DNA of 12,713 bases from Burkholderiaceae bacterium (GTDB taxonomy: Bacteria > Pseudomonadota > Gammaproteobacteria > Burkholderiales > Burkholderiaceae): positions 1-12,713 of the forward strand of contig CANJBQ010000066.1 of the NCBI GenBank assembly GCA_947472645.1, written 5' to 3'. The translations under genes were made by a program, and so were the position numbers. The notes under the pieces were generated by a model that had not been told where the DNA came from, ran no database searches, and saw only the letters and a list, made by a program, of their open reading frames with translations. Below, one piece after another: positions 1-7,051 of this stretch. Position 1 is the stretch's first letter, and every line of letters begins with the position of its first letter.

Positions 1-141
1 AAAGAAGCAAGAGTTGTCGTTGGCGAGTGGGTCAAGCATTACAACCATGTTCGGCCTCACAGTGCCTTAGGTTATCGACCACCAGCACCACAAACCCAAG
101 TGCCGAAAATCATCCACAATCAACCCATCATGATCCAATGA
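1..141 (+). CDS. IS3-family (rve / DDE integrase-core) transposase, C-terminal fragment; the 5' part lies outside the window
   Basis: Frame 1 is open from nt 1 to TGA at 139-141. It reads KEARVVVGEWVKHYNHVRPHSALGYRPPAPQTQVPKIIHNQPIMIQ*. The HYN-x-x-RPHS-x-LGY-x-PP tail is the conserved end of the DDE integrase-core domain of IS3/IS481-type transposases. It is absent from the ORF track only because it is under 60 aa. Confidence 0.8.
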   Translation, partial: KEARVVVGEWVKHYNHVRPHSALGYRPPAPQTQVPKIIHNQPIMIQ

Positions 142-191
142 TAAGATATGAATACTCTCTTTAATCGTGGTACTAAATTAACATCAGTTCA
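1..191 (+). mobile_element. Right end of an IS3-family insertion sequence (outer boundary tentative)
   Basis: The transposase tail ends at 141. The sequence up to ...CATCAGTTCA (ending at 191) reads TGAACTGATG... on the other strand, the TGAA-type terminus typical of IS3-family inverted repeats. G+C drops sharply after about 191. The left IR is not in the window, so the end cannot be confirmed. Confidence 0.45.
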
Positions 192-496
192 CTAGAAAAT
201 ATCTATTTCTTCTTTTTAATAGTGGTTAGTCTTGGATTCTCGATGAGTGTTATTAGTACGAAAAGAATAGCTGCAAAAGAGAGAAAAATTCGTGAGGAGC
301 TTAGAAGAGTACAAAATATTGACTTTGAAAGCTACCCTCAATAGTTTCAGAAGTGGCTCCTAGGAATGAGTCAGCTTAATTGGGATATTAAAAGATTAGA
401 TATGGATGTATTAAGACCAAGTTCAATATAAGAAGAGATTCTAGTAGAGACATCAGAAGAAATGAAATTAATTTTTAATAGGGTTTGTAGAGAAAA

Positions 497-1269
497 ATGA
501 ATCTACAGATTTACATGCCTGAGGTCTCGAAAAAAATTCCCGATGGTGCTAGGGTTGAGCCAAAGTACGTTTTTAGAATTCTAGATCGTGAATTTCAAAA
601 ACACCCAGCGGTGGCAATTTTTGGTCTAGAAAATTGGTTAACCCCATCCACTGCCCTTGCAATGCATATCGATCCTAATTTAGGGATATTTTTAAAGCCT
701 GAGCAAATTCCGCTGAGTACACTCGCGCAAATGATTGATACCCACAAAATTATCGTACTATGTTCGGAAAATGGGAAATATCAATTTACGGCTAAAGATA
801 TCAAAATTGATTCTAATGGGATTATCTGTTGCCCCATACCAACGGATTTAATGGCGATACAACGGCGAGATGGTTTTCGGGCGCCCCTCCGGTAGATGAG
901 TCATTTAAGCTTGTCGTTGGTCTAGGAGCCGGACAGGAGTTATTGTCCAATGTCGTGGATGTGAGTAGAAACGGTCTGCAGTTGGATATGCGTGCAGGGG
1001 CAACGGACGTTAGTGTGGGGAGTTACTGGCACACCTGTTATTTTGAAAGATTATCGTCAACCTCACCCAAATTTGATTTACAAATCATGCACTATTATCA
1101 GGGAAATGATATTGCTCGAGTGCGGGTTGGCTGCATACTTTATCAACCAAAACCTCAAACAATCAAAGATTTTGAAAATATGGTCGATACCATCGTAAAA
1201 GCTAGAGCTATGTCGAATATGAAAAAATGGTATTTAGATTTGACATGGTGGAAGGGGCAGCATTCCTAA
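497..1269 (+). pseudogene. PilZ-domain c-di-GMP receptor (YcgR-like, N-terminal domain plus PilZ), split by a frameshift at about 884-891
   Basis: ORF 497-895 ends ...IQRRDGFRAPLR*, with RRxxxR at 863-880. Overlapping ORF 829-1269, in the -1 frame, continues ...PPVDESFKLVVGLGAGQELLSNVVDVSRNGLQL, with DxSxxG at 958-975. Adding one C to the run GCGCCCCTCC (881-890) fuses them into a protein of about 258 aa with normal motif spacing of about 25 aa. Confidence 0.7.
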
Positions 1270-1431
1270 GGATTTTCTGGTAACTCATTGAGATAGCTGA
1301 AGAGTGAGAGGCCTCTTGTTATGGGTGTAGTTATATATTCGGAATATTTGCATCGAGTTATGGCAAGGGTTTTAATTTAATATTACTAACGTATCAGTAT
1401 ACTTTTTGGATTATTAAGAGATCGGATATGT

Positions 1432-1872
1432 ATGCACGAAGATAAAGTTCAATATAACTGTAGCCTTTTTTTAAAGAGGGATGGTAAGACCTTATATGCG
1501 ATGCATGAAAACTCACCAATAAAACTTGCTTGGCAATGTACGGGCTATTTTAAGGAGGGCGTACATCAAGATCCTGCGTGGAAAATATTGCTGAATTTTA
1601 ATGGGAAAAATAAAAGCATTGAGTTAGGTAAGCAGCATTTTAAAGACCATGGTCAGAGTGTCTCTAATCTCTTAATGAACGAAATGATGGCAATTGATTC
1701 TGAAATAATGCTTTCTCGGGGGGGAGAGCCAGTTTTTGAGGATGCGTTAACGAAGAAAAGACTGAAAGTAAATGAGGTTAATGAAATTGATATTCAAGAT
1801 TTAAAAGATCATTCAAGGCATCTAACCGAAGTTTCTTTTTTAAATATTATGGATAATATTTTTTCTATTTGA
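1432..1872 (+). CDS. hypothetical protein (146 aa)
   Basis: Long ORF in AT-rich DNA with an ATG start and only a weak SD. No motif recognised. Confidence 0.5.
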   Translation: MHEDKVQYNCSLFLKRDGKTLYAMHENSPIKLAWQCTGYFKEGVHQDPAWKILLNFNGKNKSIELGKQHFKDHGQSVSNLLMNEMMAIDSEIMLSRGGEPVFEDALTKKRLKVNEVNEIDIQDLKDHSRHLTEVSFLNIMDNIFSI

Positions 1873-1911
1873 CCAAAAGCCACATAAATACTAGTTATAT
1901 ATTTGTGGTTA

Positions 1912-1939
1912 TGAATTAAGTAAAGTTAAGTTCATCTGG
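1912..1939. repeat. 28-nt direct repeat, left copy (TGAATTAAGTAAAGTTAAGTTCATCTGG)
   Basis: Matches 10963-10990 at 26 of 28 positions in the same orientation. Intergenic, 40 nt after the stop of the 1432-1872 ORF. Confidence 0.9.
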
Positions 1940-1952
1940 GTGGGGCTGGTAA

Positions 1953-1973
1953 ATCCTGTGGAGGATCCTGTGG
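1953..1973. repeat. Tandem 9-mer ATCCTGTGG x2 (12-nt period)
   Basis: ATCCTGTGG occurs at 1953-1961 and 1965-1973, 14 nt to the right of the left 28-nt repeat. Confidence 0.7.
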
Positions 1974-2018
1974 GACTATGTTTGGTGTCCAAAGAATAAA
2001 ATGCCTAGTCAAATAAAC

Positions 2019-2447
2019 TTAAGATTTTGTGATCTGAAGACCTTTTCCATAAATCATGCTCGTATTACATGGGATAAAGCCTAACTTGATCAAATAATCA
2101 TCAACTAATAAAGAGTCCACTTGCTCCAGAATCGCTTCTACTCTTGTCCTTAATCGATAATCATGAATTAGGACATCAGTACTCGCATGCCAAACATCCC
2201 CGCATGAGGCTAGAGTAGGATCCTGAATGGCGTAGTAATTACCATCTTTCGCAGGTGTAGGTATTTTAAAACTAGAGTTGTAAATTAAGGTTGCATAGTG
2301 ATAAAGAAATACAAATCTTATGACATTCTCGCCTTTAAGATAGAAAGTTGTTTCTTCATAAGATTTAAAACAGTCAAACTTGATAAGAGATGCTGATACT
2401 GAATAGCACTTAGCCAAATTGTCATTGATACAAATACCTACGTCCAT
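2019..2447 (-). CDS. hypothetical protein (142 aa)
   Basis: ORF with an ATG start, convergent with 1432-1872. No motif recognised. Confidence 0.5.
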   Translation of the reverse strand: MDVGICINDNLAKCYSVSASLIKFDCFKSYEETTFYLKGENVIRFVFLYHYATLIYNSSFKIPTPAKDGNYYAIQDPTLASCGDVWHASTDVLIHDYRLRTRVEAILEQVDSLLVDDYLIKLGFIPCNTSMIYGKGLQITKS

Positions 2448-2645
2448 ACTGAATCCAATTCTCTATTACCTAAGAATAATTATCTTTGGCATTTAAATAA
2501 CTATTCTAACTTTGCTCTGTGTCGATTTAGTTACTGTAGAGTACTAAAAAAGAAACATGCTCTAATTTAGGGCAATACATTAACGAAGTTCGAACAAAAC
2601 TCACAGAGTTTTATTCATCATTGAATTATTTTTCAAGGACATTAA

Positions 2646-2990
2646 ATGACAACCTTATTAATTTCAATTATAAGTATTAGCTTCTCAGTTCTTGCTCAAT
2701 TTTTATTGAAATCGGGTCTTCAAGGAGTTTCATTTGAAGGAGTTTTAAGTCTTTATTCACTAATAAAGAGTTGGAAAATCTTGGCAGGTTTTGCATGTTA
2801 TTCTACTGCCGCAATTATTTGGTTAAGAGTTCTTGTAGACTGGGATGTGAGTAAGGCTTATCCAATTATGGGGTTAGGATTTGTCATTTCTTTAATTGTT
2901 GGATTCTTAAATGGAGAGTTAGTAACTATTAGCCGGATCATTGGTATTGCTACTATTTTTATCGGCGTCATCATTGTGGCTAGAAGTTAA
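2646..2990 (+). CDS. Small four-TM DMT/SMR-superfamily protein, ArnE/ArnF-like (lipid-linked substrate flippase type)
   Basis: 114 aa with four hydrophobic segments. TM1 has VLAQFLLK (Gln, not the conserved Glu of EmrE/SugE exporters). The segment ...WLRVLVDWDVSKAYP... resembles the ArnE/ArnF pattern. AAGGA lies 7 nt before the ATG. Confidence 0.65.
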   Translation: MTTLLISIISISFSVLAQFLLKSGLQGVSFEGVLSLYSLIKSWKILAGFACYSTAAIIWLRVLVDWDVSKAYPIMGLGFVISLIVGFLNGELVTISRIIGIATIFIGVIIVARS

Positions 2991-4034
2991 CTAAGCCCCT
3001 AAATTGATTAACGTTTGAGCATTAATTTTTTTAAGTTGATTAGCTACTAAATCAAGGATGCCTTGCCTAAAAATACTTTTAGTTTGAGGAGATTTTAGAT
3101 AAGTGTATTCAAGATGAGGTATTCCACCTCTTTTTCGTTTAAAGTCACCCGCACCCGAGCTGTAATTTAGCAAGACTTGATTATGTTTTGCGTAATTGTA
3201 TATAGATGCAAATAGCACTCTATAAGAACCTTCTATAGAATTGTCTGGATCGTATCCAAGAGCGGGAACGGTCAACGTTTCTCCTGAACGACATAACAAT
3301 CCAAACGACAGGATTTGGCCTTGAGCATCCTTAATCAAAAGACAAGACATTAATTTTTGATTAATGACATCATCAAAAAAATTGATTGTATATTGAGGAT
3401 TTAATAGAGAATGTTTCTCAAGATAAATTTTTTTGTAGAGATGGTGAATTTTCGTCAAACTCTCGATATCTAATTCGGTGCAAATATCAATCTGTACAGC
3501 TGATTTTTTTAAAAGACCAAGATCACGCTTTAAGTGTGATGGAGTGGATATTTTCCCATTGCGAAAATCAAATTCATAAATCACTCGAGATGGGATACCT
3601 TTAAACCCAAGTGTATCTAAGTGCTCAATAAGCGTTTTATGGCGATGAGGCAAGATATTTCTAATACCAGCAAAATAAGTGGGATAAGTATTCATCATTT
3701 TGCTTGCAATATTGGGGATTTCTTTTTCTTGCTCAGTGGACCAAATGGATGTGGAAATAGGGTAGTTCCCAATGAACACCGTTTTATCGATTCCTAAGAA
3801 ATAAGAAAGTCTTCCCAGAAAGCTAATAGATAAGGCACTAAGAGGCATATGCCTGCATTCATGGGCAAGGTAGTCAAACCAAGCGCTTCTGGGTGAGTTT
3901 ATATAGCTAGCATTCTTCTGACGCAAGGGAGAGGCAATGCTTATGGGTAATTGAGTCTCTCCCCGCCAAATAAGTGTGGCAGAGGCATTGCTAACCCAAT
4001 TATTAACTTCAACACTGGGCCACGCTGAGATCAT
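2991..4034 (-). CDS. GNAT-fold acyltransferase of the FemAB / CelD-BcsL-like (Acetyltransf_6) type
   Basis: 347 aa. The C-terminal block ALGYDPDNSIEGSYRVLFASIYNYAKHNQVLLNYSSGAGDFKRKRGG matches the GYDP...Y...L...I..A......(D)F..G...(Y/F)K...G signature I recall for CelD/BcsL-like acyltransferases. It starts 14 nt after the stop of the BtaA-like gene, so the two probably form an operon. Confidence 0.6.
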   Translation of the reverse strand: MISAWPSVEVNNWVSNASATLIWRGETQLPISIASPLRQKNASYINSPRSAWFDYLAHECRHMPLSALSISFLGRLSYFLGIDKTVFIGNYPISTSIWSTEQEKEIPNIASKMMNTYPTYFAGIRNILPHRHKTLIEHLDTLGFKGIPSRVIYEFDFRNGKISTPSHLKRDLGLLKKSAVQIDICTELDIESLTKIHHLYKKIYLEKHSLLNPQYTINFFDDVINQKLMSCLLIKDAQGQILSFGLLCRSGETLTVPALGYDPDNSIEGSYRVLFASIYNYAKHNQVLLNYSSGAGDFKRKRGGIPHLEYTYLKSPQTKSIFRQGILDLVANQLKKINAQTLINLGA

Positions 4035-4048
4035 ATGATTTTGTTTAA

Positions 4049-5299
4049 TTACGCTACAAGCTCATAGAGGTGAAAACCACCATAAATGGCAGAACGATCC
4101 TCATGAATGAGTAGGTCAGACTTTATATGATTTCGCTTCCAACGCCGATTTAATTGATCTCCTATTGCTATTTCAATTGGAGATTGGGAGCCCGCAGTTC
4201 TAAAAATAATCCTTGCAGCAGGGTTGGCTGTGCGAGTGATTTCCGTCCATAGAGTAGAAATCTCTTCAGCTGTCATCCAATCTTGGGCATCTAAAAGCAC
4301 TACCGCATCAACTGAATTTGCGGGCATTCTTTTGAGAGCATCTAGTACATTGTTTTGTTCTATCGATAAATTCCCAATATTATTACGAATCACCTCAAAA
4401 TACTGTTCTTGAAGGTAAAGAGGCTTATTACTTGCATTAGTATGGTCGTAGCGTCTGCCAAATGCCTGATAAGCAAAATAATTGTTATTGATGTTATCAA
4501 CAGTCGCCAACTTTCTTGCGCGCTCTTTGAGTACCTGCGCCATGTTTTCTGGGCGATTCTCACAAAGACTAGCATGTTGACTGGGTGGAATTCCGAGATT
4601 ATAAAGGGCGAGTGGGCTACTCATTATCGCTTTTAATAATCTTGAGTCAAAAATTTTGGCAACGTTCTCATCAAACCATGTGCCTTGAGCTTCTATAGAA
4701 GTCTGTTGCAAAATTTCGTCTAATTTGACACGATACAGTTTTGCGCCAAAGTGAATAACACCAATCAGGTTGCCTAGTAGTCCATATTTGTAAAAGCCTT
4801 TTTCAAACATTCGAATGCGCTCAAATCCTTTAATTCCACCTTCCCAATAATTTCGCGTCGCTTGGTCAAGATGAGGAGACAAAACTTGATGGTAGATTCG
4901 TGGATTATTGATTGATTTTGCTTCGCCAAAGAATTTATAAAAGTCTTTGTACTCTAAACGCTTAATAGCCTCGATTTTCAGATTTCCAAGGGCAACATGT
5001 GCATGGTTTAAGTCGACAGCAGTAATTTTTTTGGGGCTTACTGTTAAGTAAGATAGAGCATTACAACCACCAGAAGCGATAGTAATCAGATGATCAGTCG
5101 GTTGAAGGTTTAGTGCTTTTAGGTCAACGACTGGATCTTCCCAGATTTGGGGGTAAACCAGCCGCTCAAACCAATAAGCAAATATTCGATCATGAAGTGA
5201 AAACTTTTTCTTTTTTGCATATACAGCATCTTTTAGTAACTGTTTAGAACGCGTTAAATTTGATTCTGGAAGTGTAGAAGTTTTGTCCATAGATTTCAT
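4049..5299 (-). CDS. BtaA-family protein (DUF3419; S-adenosylmethionine:diacylglycerol 3-amino-3-carboxypropyl transferase-like)
   Basis: 416 aa. The N-terminal ERLVYPQIWEDPVVDLKAL followed by ITIASGGCNALSYL matches the hallmark YPQ(I/C)WEDP and SGGCN motifs of BtaA as I recall them from Rhodobacter sphaeroides. Confidence 0.8.
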   Translation of the reverse strand: MKSMDKTSTLPESNLTRSKQLLKDAVYAKKKKFSLHDRIFAYWFERLVYPQIWEDPVVDLKALNLQPTDHLITIASGGCNALSYLTVSPKKITAVDLNHAHVALGNLKIEAIKRLEYKDFYKFFGEAKSINNPRIYHQVLSPHLDQATRNYWEGGIKGFERIRMFEKGFYKYGLLGNLIGVIHFGAKLYRVKLDEILQQTSIEAQGTWFDENVAKIFDSRLLKAIMSSPLALYNLGIPPSQHASLCENRPENMAQVLKERARKLATVDNINNNYFAYQAFGRRYDHTNASNKPLYLQEQYFEVIRNNIGNLSIEQNNVLDALKRMPANSVDAVVLLDAQDWMTAEEISTLWTEITRTANPAARIIFRTAGSQSPIEIAIGDQLNRRWKRNHIKSDLLIHEDRSAIYGGFHLYELVA

Positions 5300-5468
5300 T
5301 TGTAATGATTTAAGAATATGACCATTTCAATACATAGAAAAGACAAAGTAGTGACAGATTAGTTAAAGTTTTATTAAAAAAATAGATAATCATCGTGATA
5401 TCTGGTAATCTAAATAAGTTTCTTGAGTATAAAAATATTTAAACGACATCAAGGAAGGAAAATTAATA

Positions 5469-5657
5469 ATGCCATTGTATAGAGATTTAATAGAGACATC
5501 ACGTCAAACTGGGTTAGTTGATCTCAGTTTATTGAATAAGTGCTCTCTTAATACTAGAGAGAAATTTTTATCTGAGATAAGTTTTTGGTGTACCTATTCA
5601 AAGGGTAATCTAGAGAATTTAGGTAAAAAAAATAGAGAAATTAAAGAGTCTAATTAG
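5469..5657 (+). CDS. small hypothetical protein (62 aa)
   Basis: A good SD (AAGGAAGGA) precedes the ATG, and a hairpin plus T-rich tract follows the ORF. No motif recognised. The very AT-rich context makes chance ORFs less likely but not excluded. Confidence 0.35.
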   Translation: MPLYRDLIETSRQTGLVDLSLLNKCSLNTREKFLSEISFWCTYSKGNLENLGKKNREIKESN

Positions 5658-5683
5658 TTTTTCATTAGAATCTTAGAAGATGC

Positions 5684-5710
5684 TACTCCACTCTTCGGAG
5701 TATTCTTTTC
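5684..5710 (+). terminator. Candidate intrinsic terminator
   Basis: TACTCC (5684-5689), a 7-nt loop, GGAGTA (5697-5702), then TTCTTTTC. The stem is short (6 bp). Confidence 0.4.
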
Positions 5711-5770
5711 GATCGCCCAAACCCCAAATAGAAATTAAACTACAAGCGTCCAGTAACAATACGCTTGTTG

Positions 5771-6988
5771 ATGAATAACTTAAAGTTTCTTTTTCAAACC
5801 AATAGCCCACAAATACCCAAACCCCTCACGATTCTCGACAATAGAATCACCTTGTTCAAGAGATCTAATAGCAATCAATGGCAATGCCGTTTCAAATTAG
5901 ACTCTGGATCGTGGCATACCGCCAGTACCCATACTGATCAAACTGCTGAAGCTACTACCAAAGCCATTGAAATCTATGAGCAGGTCAGATACCGTGTGGC
6001 CAATGACCTAGCCATCAAGAACAGGAACTTCAGATCCGTAGCAGTTGAGGAGTTGGAATCACTGAGAGGTGTCCATAGAGAACTTCGTTCTAAGCAAACC
6101 ATCAATGACTACATCTTTGTATTAGAAAAGTATCTAATCCCATTCTTCGGCAGATATCCAGTTCGCGAAATAAACCAACAGTTAATCGATGATTTTGATA
6201 GTTGGCGAATTTCGGAGATGGGGCGAGTAGCCAAGTTCTCCACACAGCGTCATCATGCAAGTGCTTTTAACCGTGTGCTAAAGCGAGCTAAAAGTTCGGG
6301 ATTACTCAACACCTTCGATGACGTCATATCGCTGAATGTTGACGGTGATAGAGGTGAAACTAGACCCGCTTTTAGCCGAGAGGAAATTGATCAGTTATTG
6401 GCTTTTATGCCTGAGTGGGAAATTAAGGTTAGACGTGATCGTACTGAAAGATTTCACGCGATGGCTAGGTTATGTAGGTGCTATGTAGAGTTTCTTTTAT
6501 ACACAGGAATTCGCACAGGTACAGAGAGCATGCCCATCCGTTGGAAGAATCTCCATTGGCACTGGATCGATCAAAAGCGATATTTGAGGGTATGGGTATC
6601 AGGCAAGACAGGACCTAGATACTTGATTGCTAGGAATGAATTGATCCCTAGTTTGGAGAGATTGGTTACTTGGCAGGCATCAGGTGAGAACTTGGACTCA
6701 GTGATCGAGAAACGAATAGACCGTAAGATCTTTGTATTCCCTAAGGGTGATCAGCCCTATAGCTTAAATGGTGTGTTTGAAAGGTTGATGGAGGAGTCTG
6801 GGTTACTGGAAGACCATACTGGCAAAAAAAGAACGCTCTATAGCCTACGGCATACCTATGCCACATTCGCCTTAGCTGATGGCATTGACATACATACATT
6901 AGCTAGGCAAATGGGTACCAGTGTGGGTATGATCGAAAAGCATTACAGTAAATTGACCCCCATGATGAGTGCGGAGAAGTTGGCTTGA
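5771..6988 (+). CDS. Tyrosine recombinase / phage-type integrase (about 405 aa)
   Basis: Catalytic signature is present: LLYTGIRTGTE (Arg I), VSGKTGPR (Lys), LYSLRHTYAT (Y-x-x-R box) and GTSVGMIEKHYSKL (nucleophile Tyr). The ORF track starts at TTG 5765; I prefer ATG 5771. There is no clear SD. Confidence 0.9.
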   Translation: MNNLKFLFQTNSPQIPKPLTILDNRITLFKRSNSNQWQCRFKLDSGSWHTASTHTDQTAEATTKAIEIYEQVRYRVANDLAIKNRNFRSVAVEELESLRGVHRELRSKQTINDYIFVLEKYLIPFFGRYPVREINQQLIDDFDSWRISEMGRVAKFSTQRHHASAFNRVLKRAKSSGLLNTFDDVISLNVDGDRGETRPAFSREEIDQLLAFMPEWEIKVRRDRTERFHAMARLCRCYVEFLLYTGIRTGTESMPIRWKNLHWHWIDQKRYLRVWVSGKTGPRYLIARNELIPSLERLVTWQASGENLDSVIEKRIDRKIFVFPKGDQPYSLNGVFERLMEESGLLEDHTGKKRTLYSLRHTYATFALADGIDIHTLARQMGTSVGMIEKHYSKLTPMMSAEKLA

Positions 6989-6994
6989 ACAGAT

Positions 6995-7024
6995 AAAAAT
7001 TGAACATTGTTCCATTCGGAACAA
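6995..7024. repeat. Core-site-like repeat, copy 1 (AAAAATTGAACATTGTTCC-ATT-CGGAACAA)
   Basis: 19/19 plus 8/8 nt are identical to 8358-8388 in the same orientation. It contains TTGTTC-N6-GAACAA inverted arms and starts 6 nt after the integrase stop codon. Confidence 0.9.
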
Positions 7025-7025
7025 C

Positions 7026-7050
7026 AAAACTACCCCGAAGGGCAGTTTTT
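7026..7050. terminator. Bidirectional intrinsic terminator between convergent genes
   Basis: AAAA-CTACCC-CGAA-GGGCAG-TTTTT. The stem has one mismatch and is flanked by an A-run and a T-run, so it reads as hairpin plus U-tract on both strands. It directly abuts the stop of the 306-aa gene (7052). Confidence 0.6.
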
Positions 7051-7051
7051 C

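Noticed and set aside
243-500. Three same-frame mini-ORFs (33, 28 and 22 codons) that could be a decayed gene with two in-frame stops
   Set aside because: Open stretches of this length are expected by chance. No motif was recognised, so there is no support for a pseudogene call.
881-891. Programmed -1 frameshift or phase variation at the C-run in the PilZ gene
   Set aside because: There is no slippery heptamer or downstream pseudoknot, and a C4 run is too short for efficient slipped-strand switching. Mutation or sequencing error is the simpler explanation.
992-1198. 68-aa ORF overlapping the PilZ-domain half of the pseudogene in another frame
   Set aside because: It lies entirely inside a region whose other frame carries a clear PilZ motif. 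It has no RBS and no motif, so it is a frame shadow.
2448-2645. Possible guanidine (mini-ykkC/ykkC) riboswitch upstream of the SMR-like gene
   Set aside because: The protein has Gln, not the conserved Glu, in TM1, so it is ArnE/F-like rather than Gdx/SugE-like. The leader lacks GC-rich ACGR-loop hairpins and has only a weak AAAACTC/GAGTTTT stem.
3386-4636. Plus- and minus-strand ORFs 3386-3604, 4224-4412, 4390-4575 and 4409-4636 inside the GNAT and BtaA-like genes
   Set aside because: They are antisense or out-of-frame shadows of long, motif-bearing genes, with low-complexity translations.
5357-5410. Possible degenerate third copy of the 28-nt repeat (GATTAGTTAAAGTT ... ATCTGGTAATC) between the lipid cluster and the integrase block
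   Set aside because: The similarity is patchy, needs gaps, and lies in very AT-rich DNA. It cannot be told apart from chance by eye.
5744-5753. 10-mer AAGCGTCCAG shared between the integrase-leader hairpin and the 10570-10592 hairpin
   Set aside because: Well over a hundred chance 10-mer matches are expected in a window of this size when both strands are counted. It is not significant on its own.
5658-5764. Search for a tRNA or tmRNA 3' fragment as the integration target upstream of the integrase
   Set aside because: There is no T-arm-like GGTTCRAATCC or acceptor-stem pattern. The only structure is a short terminator-like hairpin.
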